From Caldisericia bacterium (GTDB lineage: Bacteria > Caldisericota > Caldisericia > JAAYUI01), in assembly GCA_963674785.1 (NCBI GenBank), contig OY771555.1:672001-736000 (forward strand): a stretch of 64,000 nucleotides of DNA, written 5' to 3'. A program made the translations under genes and the position numbers. The notes beneath the pieces are model-generated. The model was not told where the DNA came from and made no database searches. It saw only the letters and a program-made list of their open reading frames with translations. Positions 9,948 through 20,400 of this stretch are shown here, in pieces. Each line of letters opens with the position of its first letter. Within the stretch, counting starts at the first letter, position 1.

Positions 9948-10097
9948 ATTTTAGACCCGTCATTCCGGGCTTGACCCCGGTGTAAACATGATGGGTGAGA
10001 AAATACACCTGGTTCCCATCTGACCTGATATAATCATTTGCGAAAAACCATCATCAGGAGTACAATAGAAACTGAAAAAAGAAAGTGAGGTGTAAAA

Positions 10098-12386
10098 GTG
10101 AAAATAACCAAAAATCTCGTTGTAGCCGTTGTTGTTTTAGTGCTTGGTCTGACCCCGACTCTGTTTGGTTGTGGTGGCCCAGATGTTGTTGATAAAGACA
10201 TCTCAGGAACAGTCTCAGAAGAGAATTTGACACTTGGAAAAACAGATGGAGTATCTGTCACATTCTCTCCAATGGATATCGACGCTGAAGCCGAAGTGAA
10301 AGTAACAAAAGTTGAACTTGAAAACACCTCAGAAGACCCAGATGCAACAGTTACAGCCTATGACGTCACATGCACTGGAAAACACGAATTCATCTCACTT
10401 ATAGAGATAACAATCCCCTATGATGCAGAAAAAATCGAAAGTGGTGAAAACCCTGCTGATTATGTTGAGGCTTTCTATGTGAATGATGAAACGGGTGTTT
10501 TGGAGCCCATTGTTTACGAACTGGATACTGAGAAAAATCTCGCAATCATCACAACAGACCATCTTTCAGAATTTGCTGTTTTTACCTATAGCAAGAAGTA
10601 CACAAGAAAAACAACAATTTCTGTGAATTCTGCTGCATATATAAACATGATTGGTGGTGATAGAGAAACCTACAAAAAAGTGTTTGAAGAAGTTTTTGCA
10701 AATGGCGGAACACCAGGTGACATAACACTTGAAACAGGGTTCAACATTGCAAATGAGGCTTTGGGAATATCTGGTAACGCCCTCACATTTGTCACAGAGG
10801 CGATGTATTCGACAGAGCTTCTGGGTAACTTTGGAAATCTTTTCACAGGACTAGGTGTTGCAGCAGCAGCACTTCAGGCTGCATATGACTGGAAAAACTG
10901 GGAAAAGGATGATGGACTCGCCTTCAAAACAAACCTCACAAAAAATGTCTCTTATCTTACAGTTTCATTTGTGGGAAGCAGTGCTGCAAAACTTGCATCA
11001 GTTGGTGTTTTTGCAATTGATTATTCTCTCAACAAGTTTGGCTCGGAAGCCTGGGCAGGAAGAAACGCCGTTTATCAGAAGGCCTATAACGCTTATTACA
11101 CCGATATGTATCGTGGTGGAAAACTTGCAAGAACTCTTTATTCAAGGCTTTTGGATGAATACAAAAAACATGCTGGTAGCCCCCAGAGTTTTGATTTGAG
11201 TGCTGCAACTAAAAAAGTTGTGATGGATTTTGCAGGAGAATTCTGGGCTGATGATGGCAACCTTCCTGTTTATCTTCAGCAGGTTGGAATCACATTCTCA
11301 GGGTACGGTGGACTCAACAAAAATACGATAGAAGAAACAAAAAACTCCTATTATGTTGAGCTTATGCAAACAGTTATGCAGCCCGTATTTGTGAGTCTTC
11401 GCAATAAGATTACAAATGACATCAAGCTTGAATACATGAAAAAACTCTATGCTGTCAAAAATGAAATGAACAGAAGAGTACCAATAATCATCACTGAGTC
11501 AAAGGAAAATGATGATGCTGAATATAAATATGCAAACCACCAGATAAGGTTTGCACCTCTTGCCCCCGAGGCTGACAAAACATACTGGACTGGAAAACTT
11601 AAAAATGATGCGACTGCAAAGTCATATTTTACAGTGATTGGATATATCACAAGTGGGATACCAACAAAGCTTGAAATTTACGCTCCAGATGCTGATCTTG
11701 AAACTGCAGAACCCGTGGAGGTTATTGATTTCAAGTTCACGCTTGATATGAAGGAACTTAAGATTGACATAGGTTCAAGCCCACCAACACTTGATGATCT
11801 TGTCGGCACCTGGGAGAACAGGAACAACAAACTTACACTTCTTAATGCTGATGCAAACTGGGATGAAATGAAACAAAATCTGCTTGCAGCATCTGAACAA
11901 GCAACACAAGAGCTGAAGGAAGAGTATGGCTGTGAAGAGGGGATTGACCTTAGCCCTGAAACAATTGACCAGGTTGAGAGTAGTCTAAAAGCTTATATCG
12001 GCACATCACAATATATGATCTTCAATATTGGAAAGGTAAATGAAACAACTGGGAAGATGACGTTTGTTTCATTCCCAGATGCCTCAGAGGGGCAGTGTGA
12101 TTCAACAGCTGGATTGACTTTTGAATTTACGTATGATGCTGGAAATATGACCGTGCTTTACGGTTCACTTATCGATTTTTTGAAAACATCATCTCAAGAA
12201 GGAGTTGATATGGGTGCTGTTCCATTTATCCCGGGAAGTGGCAAACTGACAGCTACATTTGCGAGAAATGCTGATGGAAAAAAGACAATAATAATCGATG
12301 GCAACCTTGATTATTCGATGGTTGATACTGGTGAAGAGTTCCCATTTAGAATGTATATCAACTATGGAATACATGGAGAAAAGTAG
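10098..12386 (+). CDS. Large lipoprotein of unknown function (762 aa)
   Basis: GTG start with RBS GAGGTG, lipobox LFGC; N-terminal beta domain ending TTDHLSEFAV, typical of surface-protein modules. Confidence 0.75.
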   Translation: MKITKNLVVAVVVLVLGLTPTLFGCGGPDVVDKDISGTVSEENLTLGKTDGVSVTFSPMDIDAEAEVKVTKVELENTSEDPDATVTAYDVTCTGKHEFISLIEITIPYDAEKIESGENPADYVEAFYVNDETGVLEPIVYELDTEKNLAIITTDHLSEFAVFTYSKKYTRKTTISVNSAAYINMIGGDRETYKKVFEEVFANGGTPGDITLETGFNIANEALGISGNALTFVTEAMYSTELLGNFGNLFTGLGVAAAALQAAYDWKNWEKDDGLAFKTNLTKNVSYLTVSFVGSSAAKLASVGVFAIDYSLNKFGSEAWAGRNAVYQKAYNAYYTDMYRGGKLARTLYSRLLDEYKKHAGSPQSFDLSAATKKVVMDFAGEFWADDGNLPVYLQQVGITFSGYGGLNKNTIEETKNSYYVELMQTVMQPVFVSLRNKITNDIKLEYMKKLYAVKNEMNRRVPIIITESKENDDAEYKYANHQIRFAPLAPEADKTYWTGKLKNDATAKSYFTVIGYITSGIPTKLEIYAPDADLETAEPVEVIDFKFTLDMKELKIDIGSSPPTLDDLVGTWENRNNKLTLLNADANWDEMKQNLLAASEQATQELKEEYGCEEGIDLSPETIDQVESSLKAYIGTSQYMIFNIGKVNETTGKMTFVSFPDASEGQCDSTAGLTFEFTYDAGNMTVLYGSLIDFLKTSSQEGVDMGAVPFIPGSGKLTATFARNADGKKTIIIDGNLDYSMVDTGEEFPFRMYINYGIHGEK

Positions 12387-12396
12387 ATAGTAACTG

Positions 12397-13197
12397 ATGC
12401 TCCCAAAGATTTCTTTTTTTGGGTACATAATTTCAACATATCCGGTGATGGTGTTTGTTAGCTCCGTCACCGGTTTGTTTTTGCTTGTCTATAATCTTAT
12501 CAAAGATGATTACAAGTGGTCTTTTGTTTTAAAGATGATACTTGGAATCATCATAGGCTTTTTCACTTTTGCAAGGCTACTGAATGTTTTATTGCATCTT
12601 GATTACTACAGGCTTGCACCAAGCCTGATTTTCAGGTTTCAACTGAAGGGTTTTTCTGTTCTTGGTGGGATGATTGGGGCATCTTGTGTGTGTCTGTTTT
12701 TGTTGTGGAGAGAAAAGAAGGATTTTAAAAGATTTTTTGATATAACTGTTATCCCCTTTTTCACTGGTTTTTTTCTCATGAAGATTGGCTGTTTTCTAAA
12801 TGGCTGTTGCGGCGGGAAAATTACAGCAAGCTGTTTGGGTGTATCCTTCCCGACATCCCCTGCTGCCTCTAACCCCATGAAGATGCTTGATTTTGTATCA
12901 GGACTTTTGATGATTCCAAAAGCAGTCTTTCCAACACAGCTTTTTGAAAGCTTTGCAGCACTTATCTTTATTCCAGTGGTACTGCTGATAAGAAGAAAAA
13001 ATCTTGCTACTGGCAAGCTTTTTATAATTTCCGCTATCTATTTTTTGTGTTTTCGGTTGGTCATTCACTTTTTCAGGGATTTCCCCTATCCACCAGTGGT
13101 AGTCAACATCATCTATCCTGCTATCTATGTTGCCCTTATTGCAACCCTAGTTTTTTGTTATTTTTGGATATACAGGAAAAGTACTAAGAGTGCTTGA
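12397..13197 (+). CDS. lgt: Prolipoprotein diacylglyceryl transferase (Lgt family)
   Basis: GFSVLGG, KIGCFLNGCCGG and FPTQLFE motifs, 7 TM segments. Confidence 0.8.
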   Translation: MLPKISFFGYIISTYPVMVFVSSVTGLFLLVYNLIKDDYKWSFVLKMILGIIIGFFTFARLLNVLLHLDYYRLAPSLIFRFQLKGFSVLGGMIGASCVCLFLLWREKKDFKRFFDITVIPFFTGFFLMKIGCFLNGCCGGKITASCLGVSFPTSPAASNPMKMLDFVSGLLMIPKAVFPTQLFESFAALIFIPVVLLIRRKNLATGKLFIISAIYFLCFRLVIHFFRDFPYPPVVVNIIYPAIYVALIATLVFCYFWIYRKSTKSA

Positions 13198-13281
13198 GGA
13201 AAAAACCCAAAATATTGAATACTTGTAAGAAAGCAAACATTATTGTATATATTTATATATCAATTTATGGAGTGTGAGAAG

Positions 13282-13689
13282 ATGAAAACAAATTCTGGTT
13301 TAGTGAAGGTTTCAGTGATAATTGCGACAGTATTGTTCTTGTCTATTGCGATCTTTCAGATACTTGTACTACTTGGTGTTTTCCCAGTTTCTATGACCTG
13401 GGGTGGGCAATTTGAGACTATCACTCCTGTATTGATGATTTCAAATATTATTGCGTTTTTTCTGCTCACTTTTTTTGCCTGTGTGATTTGGATACGTGCC
13501 GAGATTTCAAAGGGAAGAACCCCTTCAAAATTCTTTTTTGTTATGTCATGGGTTATTACTGGGCTTATGCTTCTTAATACTCTGGGCAATATCACATCAA
13601 AGAGCGCCCTTGAAAAAATGATATTTACTCCAGCGACAATTATTTTATTTGTTACATGTCTTATTGTGTCGCTTTCAAAGACAAAGTAG
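13282..13689 (+). CDS. 4-TM hypothetical membrane protein
   Basis: Hydrophobic helices, WGG and N..GN..SKS..EK motifs. Confidence 0.65.
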   Translation: MKTNSGLVKVSVIIATVLFLSIAIFQILVLLGVFPVSMTWGGQFETITPVLMISNIIAFFLLTFFACVIWIRAEISKGRTPSKFFFVMSWVITGLMLLNTLGNITSKSALEKMIFTPATIILFVTCLIVSLSKTK

Positions 13690-13754
13690 TTTTTGATACA
13701 TCTTTGGGTGCATGAAATAATCCTTTATACATGAAGTAATTTCTGATAGTGTTT

Positions 13755-13800
13755 GTAGTTTTAAAAACTACTTGACATAACAGATACTAATATGTATAGT
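13755..13800 (+). promoter_or_regulatory. Sigma-70 promoter with adjacent palindromic operator
   Basis: TTGACA (13772-13777)-17 bp-TATAGT (13795-13800); palindrome GTAGTTTTAAAAACTAC at 13755-13771. Confidence 0.7.
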
Positions 13801-13827
13801 TTATAAACATACTACTGAAATTTGAAT

Positions 13828-13836
13828 TTATCCACA
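13828..13836 (+). promoter_or_regulatory. Perfect DnaA box
   Basis: TTATCCACA between the promoter and the Fis-like gene; inverted partner at 14237..14245. Confidence 0.5.
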
Positions 13837-13861
13837 TTGAGAAAAATAATCCCCAGGGGGT

Positions 13862-14161
13862 GTGCGAATGTTAATAACTTCCGATATATTGAGCGAAGAG
13901 ACACGTGCAAAAATTGCACAAGAGATTGCAGCAGCTATTGATGTGAATGGTGCAGAAGTTGTTATTGAGGGTATAAATTACGAGTTTAAAAGCGAATCCC
14001 TGAATCTCAAAGATGTCACACGCAGAACCCTTATAAAAGCTATTGCAAAATCCCGTGGCAAGATAACTGACTCTGCAACAGCACTTGGTGTAACCAGGAA
14101 AACCCTCTATGCGATGATTGAGAGATACGGATTACAGTCAGTAGTAAACATGCATGAGTAA
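13862..14161 (+). CDS. Small Fis-family (HTH_8) DNA-binding protein
   Basis: C-terminal TLIKAIAKSRGKITDSATALGVTRKTLYAMIERYGL matches the Fis/NtrC-type HTH; no AAA+ domain. Confidence 0.8.
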   Translation: MRMLITSDILSEETRAKIAQEIAAAIDVNGAEVVIEGINYEFKSESLNLKDVTRRTLIKAIAKSRGKITDSATALGVTRKTLYAMIERYGLQSVVNMHE

Positions 14162-14236
14162 TTTTTGAATATATGTGTAATATTTATCCAATACGGGGCT
14201 TCTTTACTCAAAATCACCCACTTTCTTCAAATCTTC

Positions 14237-14245
14237 TGTGGATAA
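14237..14245 (-). promoter_or_regulatory. Perfect DnaA box
   Basis: TGTGGATAA about 55 bp upstream of the sigma-54 site. Confidence 0.5.
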
Positions 14246-14298
14246 CCCTTGGTCTACAGTGAGGGGAAATAGCCTGTATTATTGAAGGTTTGATTCTC

Positions 14299-14314
14299 TG
14301 GCATACAATTTGCA
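14299..14314 (+). promoter_or_regulatory. Sigma-54 (RpoN) -24/-12 promoter of the giant surface protein gene
   Basis: TGGCATACAATTTGCA fits TGGCAC-N5-TTGCW with exact GG-N10-GC spacing. Confidence 0.8.
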
Positions 14315-14457
14315 TAATGATAGGCGGAGCCGTAGTCATGGTGTCTATGGCTGAGCTATGTATCAGCATAACAATGGGCTGACCAGTGCTTTCTCTGGTT
14401 AGTCAAAGTGAACTGAAAGCGTATTGCCTGCGAGCGCAGGTGAAAGGAGACAACGCA

Positions 14458-17400
14458 ATGAAGAAGATCATAGGATTTATGATTGCATTGTTCTTAGTAG
14501 CGTCATCACTGGTAGTCCCAGGTATGATGATCGAGACAACATCAGCTGCCGAAACTGATGTTCCAGCAATTTTTATCGCAAACCGCTGGGCACCAGTCGG
14601 AGCCAGATGGAATGGTAACAGTCTCGTAGCAGAGAGAACACGTGAATTTGATGGTGTTGGCACCTCATGGGGAACCACCCAGTACAAGATGCCAGGACCA
14701 GGTGCAACAATGGAGATTAACCCAATGTCAGCACCAAATGGAGTTGTTATTAACGTAACTCCAGACAGAATCACTGCTCCATTCCCATCTGTTGCAGATG
14801 ACCAGAGATATTCTATTCCAATGTATTGGACAGAGTTCTATCTCAGAGTCGAACCTGCAATGGGTGAATCACAGGAGTATGAGAGATGGTATGCAGTCGT
14901 CGACGACATGGGACAGCTCTGGTTTGACCCAGATGGAAGATTCCATGATGGCAGATACTGCGCAACAGCAGATCCAAACACCGAAGCATATAAATACTTT
15001 GGCGGAACTGGTAATGACAATTGCAAAAACAACCCACACACAAAGGTTGACCCAAGCAATGCAAACAATACCCAGGGACCATACCTTTATATGCCAACCA
15101 CCCTCTATGGTTTCTTCAACTATGGAGTCAGAGTAAGTGAACCAGGTAGCTACACAGATCCAAGCAACTACCCACTTTTCGACACTGACCCAGAGACAGG
15201 TGGACTTTTCTTTGTTCCAGATCCAGACCGCACACATGGAACAAAGAGAACATTCCAGGTTGGATACAACGATATGCCAGACTTCCCACTCCTCAGAGAT
15301 GGTGCATCAACAATTACCCTTGCCGGAATCTCAAGACCAAACATTCCAGCAATCGGAACCAATCTTGTTGACACAGTAGTCGGCGTAACAACAGTTATCA
15401 GAGACACAACTGTCTTACCATATGAGACAGATGAGATTGATGACTGGGATGTTTCACTTCCATACGTCAGATTTGTTGATGGTTATGATGCAAGCATTGC
15501 TATTCCTCCACTTCCACCAAGCTTCCCACCAGGACCTCCAGGTGCATATGATGACAACCTTATGCCTCCACTCGTAGACCTTAACAACTACTTTGCAGTT
15601 GATAATGATCTCTTTGAGTATGGTGAAGAATGGCATTCAGCAAACATCGTTCTCGACCCACCACCAAACCAGGCAGGACAGCCAATGCAGAACTTCACCG
15701 GTGTTAGAATGGATATATATGATCCAGGTGAATGGATCTACAGAGCCGGTATGAACTTCATGGCTATTGCGCCAAACTTACAGGCAGTTCATGGTTACGA
15801 TTACACAAACCCAGTAGAAACATATGACTATGCATACTTTGGTTGTACAAGACTTACACCTGTTTCCATGAGATACAACGGACAGTTCTTCAACTATGCA
15901 CCAGGTTCAATCGTAAGAGACGCAACCAATGGTGGACAGTATGGAACATACGAAGAAGGCGACGACGTTGACCTTCTCGATCCAGTGACTCTCCAGTCCC
16001 CACATCTCCTCTACAGATTCCCACTTGCAGATTCAAACTTCCAGGGACCAGGAACAGGCCCATCAACCCTTCAGCACGAAGCATATGAAACAGTCCATCT
16101 TGACAACTACAACTACAACGCAAATGAGAGATGTACTTCAGGTGCAAACTACTACGATCCTTATGAAGGAATCTACATGAAATCCAATCAGAGTGGCGGA
16201 GAAACATCAATCCAGCCAGGAGATTGGAGACTTACAAACGTTAACGGTAACTCTTATTCAATCGATGCATGGATGGGTTGGATTGGCAGAGACGGTGGCA
16301 CACTTCCAGCAGCCGGTGGAACAGAAGAGAGACTCTTCTCACTCGGTGGAATGTGGCACGGTGATGTCCTCGTCCTCTCAGAAATCGTAACTGGTGGATG
16401 CGACTCACCAGAGTACAACCTCTCAGTTCAGACAGATGTCTGGGAAGGAATGATCCCATCAGAAACATGTGCAGCACTCAGATCACCTAACGATGATTTT
16501 GATAGACTCGCACAGAACGTCCAGAAAAACGCAGTTCTTGACCCAACCGGAACAAACTTCCAGTATCCAACAACTGTTTTCCAGGACATGAAATTTGGTT
16601 ACAGAGAATTTGTTGGTGTCCAGGTTTGGCACGATGACAACAAAGACTGCAACCTCGGACTCCAGGAAACAGGTCCAGTACCTCCAGGCGAGAACTTATT
16701 CATGCTCAACCTCGCAGATGACTATATCCAGGGAAGAACTGGTGAAGCACACATCGGTATGGCTGACGGTTATGCAGCAAAAGATGTTGGCAGAACCCTT
16801 TCACAGTTCTGGGCAGAAAACATTGATCCATCATTCAATGGTTATGGTCTTGGTGACAACTGGAACGGACCACTCACACCAGTAGAACCAGGTCCAAGAT
16901 TCTATGACACCCACAATGCAGGTGGATACACCAACGGTGGTGTTGTAAACCTTAACATGTATGGTGTTGGCGAAGCAATTTATTACGATACAGACGCAAA
17001 CTACGACATTTCTGCTGGTGACGTCAGAATGAGCGACGTTACAGTACAGCGTGGAAATGGCACATTTGCCGAAATCGTAAAATATAACAAAGGTTCAATT
17101 GTTACAGCAGGTGATGCTGATGTTAACATGAGAAACGGCGTTGGCGATGACCTTTCTGAGTTCGTTCCAGTAATGAACCCAGCAGGACAGGTTATCTATT
17201 GGCCAATGTACTTCGATGAGAGAATCGAAGACGTAGTAAACCCAGGCAAATATTTCGAAGTAAACGGAAGATTTGACACAGACGAAGCAATCTATGACGC
17301 ATCCTACACCGGATATGCAGTAGTTGCTCCAGGATTCCAGAGACTTACAGAAATTAACCTTGGTGGAGTTACCTATGCAGCAGGTTCAACCATTGAACAG

Positions 17401-20400
17401 CCAGACATGTGGCTTTATCAGATGCCTCTCTACGGTATCACAATGGGAAGAAACTGCAAATTCCAGTACACAGACATGATCGTTGCCCCAGGCACAACTG
17501 GAATGCAGGTTGAAATCGATAAACCTCTCAAGGTTGAGCAGACCAGCCAGATTGATATTTCTTTCTCCCCACCACCAGCAAAAGAAAGATTTGATGAGTT
17601 TGGTAACTATCACCCAGAAGAAGTTATCTATGTAGTAATCGAGAATGTTGGTAGCCCAGGCTACAATGACATTAACGAAATGTATAGGGTGGTTTCAGGC
17701 AGACAGCCAACCGCTCGCTTCCAGTTCACACCATATAGAGGTTCATGTCCAAACTCAGGAAACTCAGACTTCGTGAACTACCTCGATGAAGATTCAAACT
17801 ACTATGTAAGAATCAGATCTTACAGAGACTTGAACCCATCATGTGAGAACCCAATTTGTAACACAGGTGAAGTTGCTGATTGCACAGACCCAAAGAGCAA
17901 CGTTGCCCCACTCGACAGAAAATATAACGACCCATGGTGGTACAAGAGAACACAGGCTGACCCAACAATGATCGAGGGTAGACCACTCCGCGACTATCAG
18001 AAGGGTGTTGAGATTTGTGCTCCATCACCAATGCCACCACTCCCATATGCATTGGAAGATTCATATGACTGTTATGTTGAGAAGAAATATCTCATCTCAC
18101 CAGAAGACATTGATGTTCTTCCATCAGTTGCCTGTTTGCAGACACTTGACCAGAGATTCCCAAATTTCAGTGTTACACTTACAGACGCTGACAACCCAGA
18201 CGATGTAAACGATCCAGCAGGAATGAGAATCTCCGTTCCACTTACTGATGATACAAATGTTGATCAGGCATACGGAAGAGAAGATTATCTCATCGCCACA
18301 TACAATGGACATGGCGGCGGAATCGACTGGATTGGTACTGCAATCGACAACAACGGAACAGCACAGAGAAAGTACATCCTCCAGGCAAACGAAGATGGAA
18401 CATATCTCTATTGGTACTGGCTTGAGCCAAACCCAATCACCTCCGGTATCGTTGGCGCAGTCAATCCAAATGCAGCACCACAGCTCGAGGGTGTCCTTGA
18501 TTCAAACGACCTCCTCATTGGTCGTGACTTCACCGGTATTGTTAACTGGACAGTTGTTGATGGAAAATATAAACCATCAATTCCTGCAGACGAGAGAGTT
18601 TGCAGAACTCCAGTTCATGTTGATGACAAAGAATACTGGAAAGACAGCGATTGCTCAGCAAAATACACAACATGTTCAGCCTGCTCAATCGAAGGACTTA
18701 AACCAATGGGTGAAGTCACAGGTAGACATGCAAACTGGAATGCTTACAGAGACACATTCAACAACCGTGTTTCACACCTCGCAAGTGACTACTATGGACA
18801 CTTTGATGGTGTAGGACCACTCAACAGCTTCACCAATGCAAGAGCTTGGATTGCCGGTATCAACCCAGCTTATGACATCGGTGGACCAAACCAGATGCTT
18901 TGGACAGGTCCATGGGCATCAGGATTTGGTGTACAGACACTCGTAACCTCATACGGACAGACAGAAGACGAAGATCCAGGTGGAGATGCTCTCATCGCCA
19001 TCCTTCCAAGAGACGGAAGAACACATCTCAACCTTCAGGTTTACACTGTCAACGCAATCTATGACTACAACTCAACAATTCCACATCCAGCAGATGGTAC
19101 ATCACCATACTTCGTAATCGATCCACTCAAAAACGAAGGTATCGACTATTGTGGTACCGCAGACATCAAAGTTTACCAGCCAGACCCATATGTAAACTTT
19201 GCAGAATGGCAGATTGTTGACCATGCACTCCAGTATTCAGAAGTTGATTATACAGCTGGAACTGGTGCACTTCACGATCTCAGAGTCCCAACACCACAGA
19301 TTCAGTCACCATACAATCCAATCCTTAGAACATCCAAGGGTGGATTCAGATGTTACCCAGGTGGACAGACTCATACCGGTAGAGTTACAGGTGGAACATT
19401 CGGAGTTGGCGGAGCATTCGGTTGGAACGCATATCCAGCAATCTTCGATAACAAATTCTACAAGCTCGGAACAGAGTTCTTCCCACTTACAGACTATGGT
19501 ATCTACTTCATCCTTAAAGATGGCGAAGGCAGACATCTTTCCTTCGACCCATGCTGGCCAGTAGACCTTAGAATCAAGAGAATCGAAATCGTTGGACCAT
19601 TTGCAAGACCAAGAATCTGGGACATCGACGAAAATTCAGTATTACCAAAATACAAACAGTGGGGACTTGAAAACGTACCAATCCAGTATGACTGGTCTGG
19701 TGAAATCGTTATCGACTCAAACAACTGGAAAGATTACGAGTACAGAGGAGTCGACAGCAACGGAACAGGACTTCCACTCGACTTTACAAACAGATCACAC
19801 TTTGGTGACGTAACACTTCCGTCACCAAACCCATGGCTTGTCTACAACGGCAGACTTGACTACACAATGGTCGGAGAATGCTCAGAGCCAAGCTCATATG
19901 ATAACCTCTTTGTTGTCGACGAAATCATTCCATGGAACTACGGCAAAATCCTTATTTACGTAACTCTTTGGGATGGAACATTCAAGATGTACCAGGATTG
20001 CTGTGTATCTCCACCAGTTGATGGTATTGATGTACAGGCACTCGCAATGTCACTCGAGATCGAAGAAGATCCAGAGAGAGACAAAGCATTTATCCAGCTT
20101 GATGATGATGGCACAATTATGATGCCACAGCAGACCTTCAATGTAACTCTTGCAGAGCATCATGATCTTGAAAAAGGTCAGAAGCCACAGCCAGAGTGGT
20201 TTGACAGCGAAGGTGACGAAGTTTCAGAATGTAACGACGCTCTTATGTACGTATGGCAGGACAGAGGAACAATGAAACGTGGAACCGGCACACTCCTTTA
20301 TGGTGCAGGTGACGGTTGGGTTTCAATGGCTCCAACATCCTCATTGCTTACATTCCACCCAGAACAGTATGAAGAACCAGACGACATTAATGAAGATGGA

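Noticed and set aside
13828-14245. Replication origin
   Set aside because: Only two perfect DnaA boxes, no dnaA/dnaN or other origin-linked genes nearby
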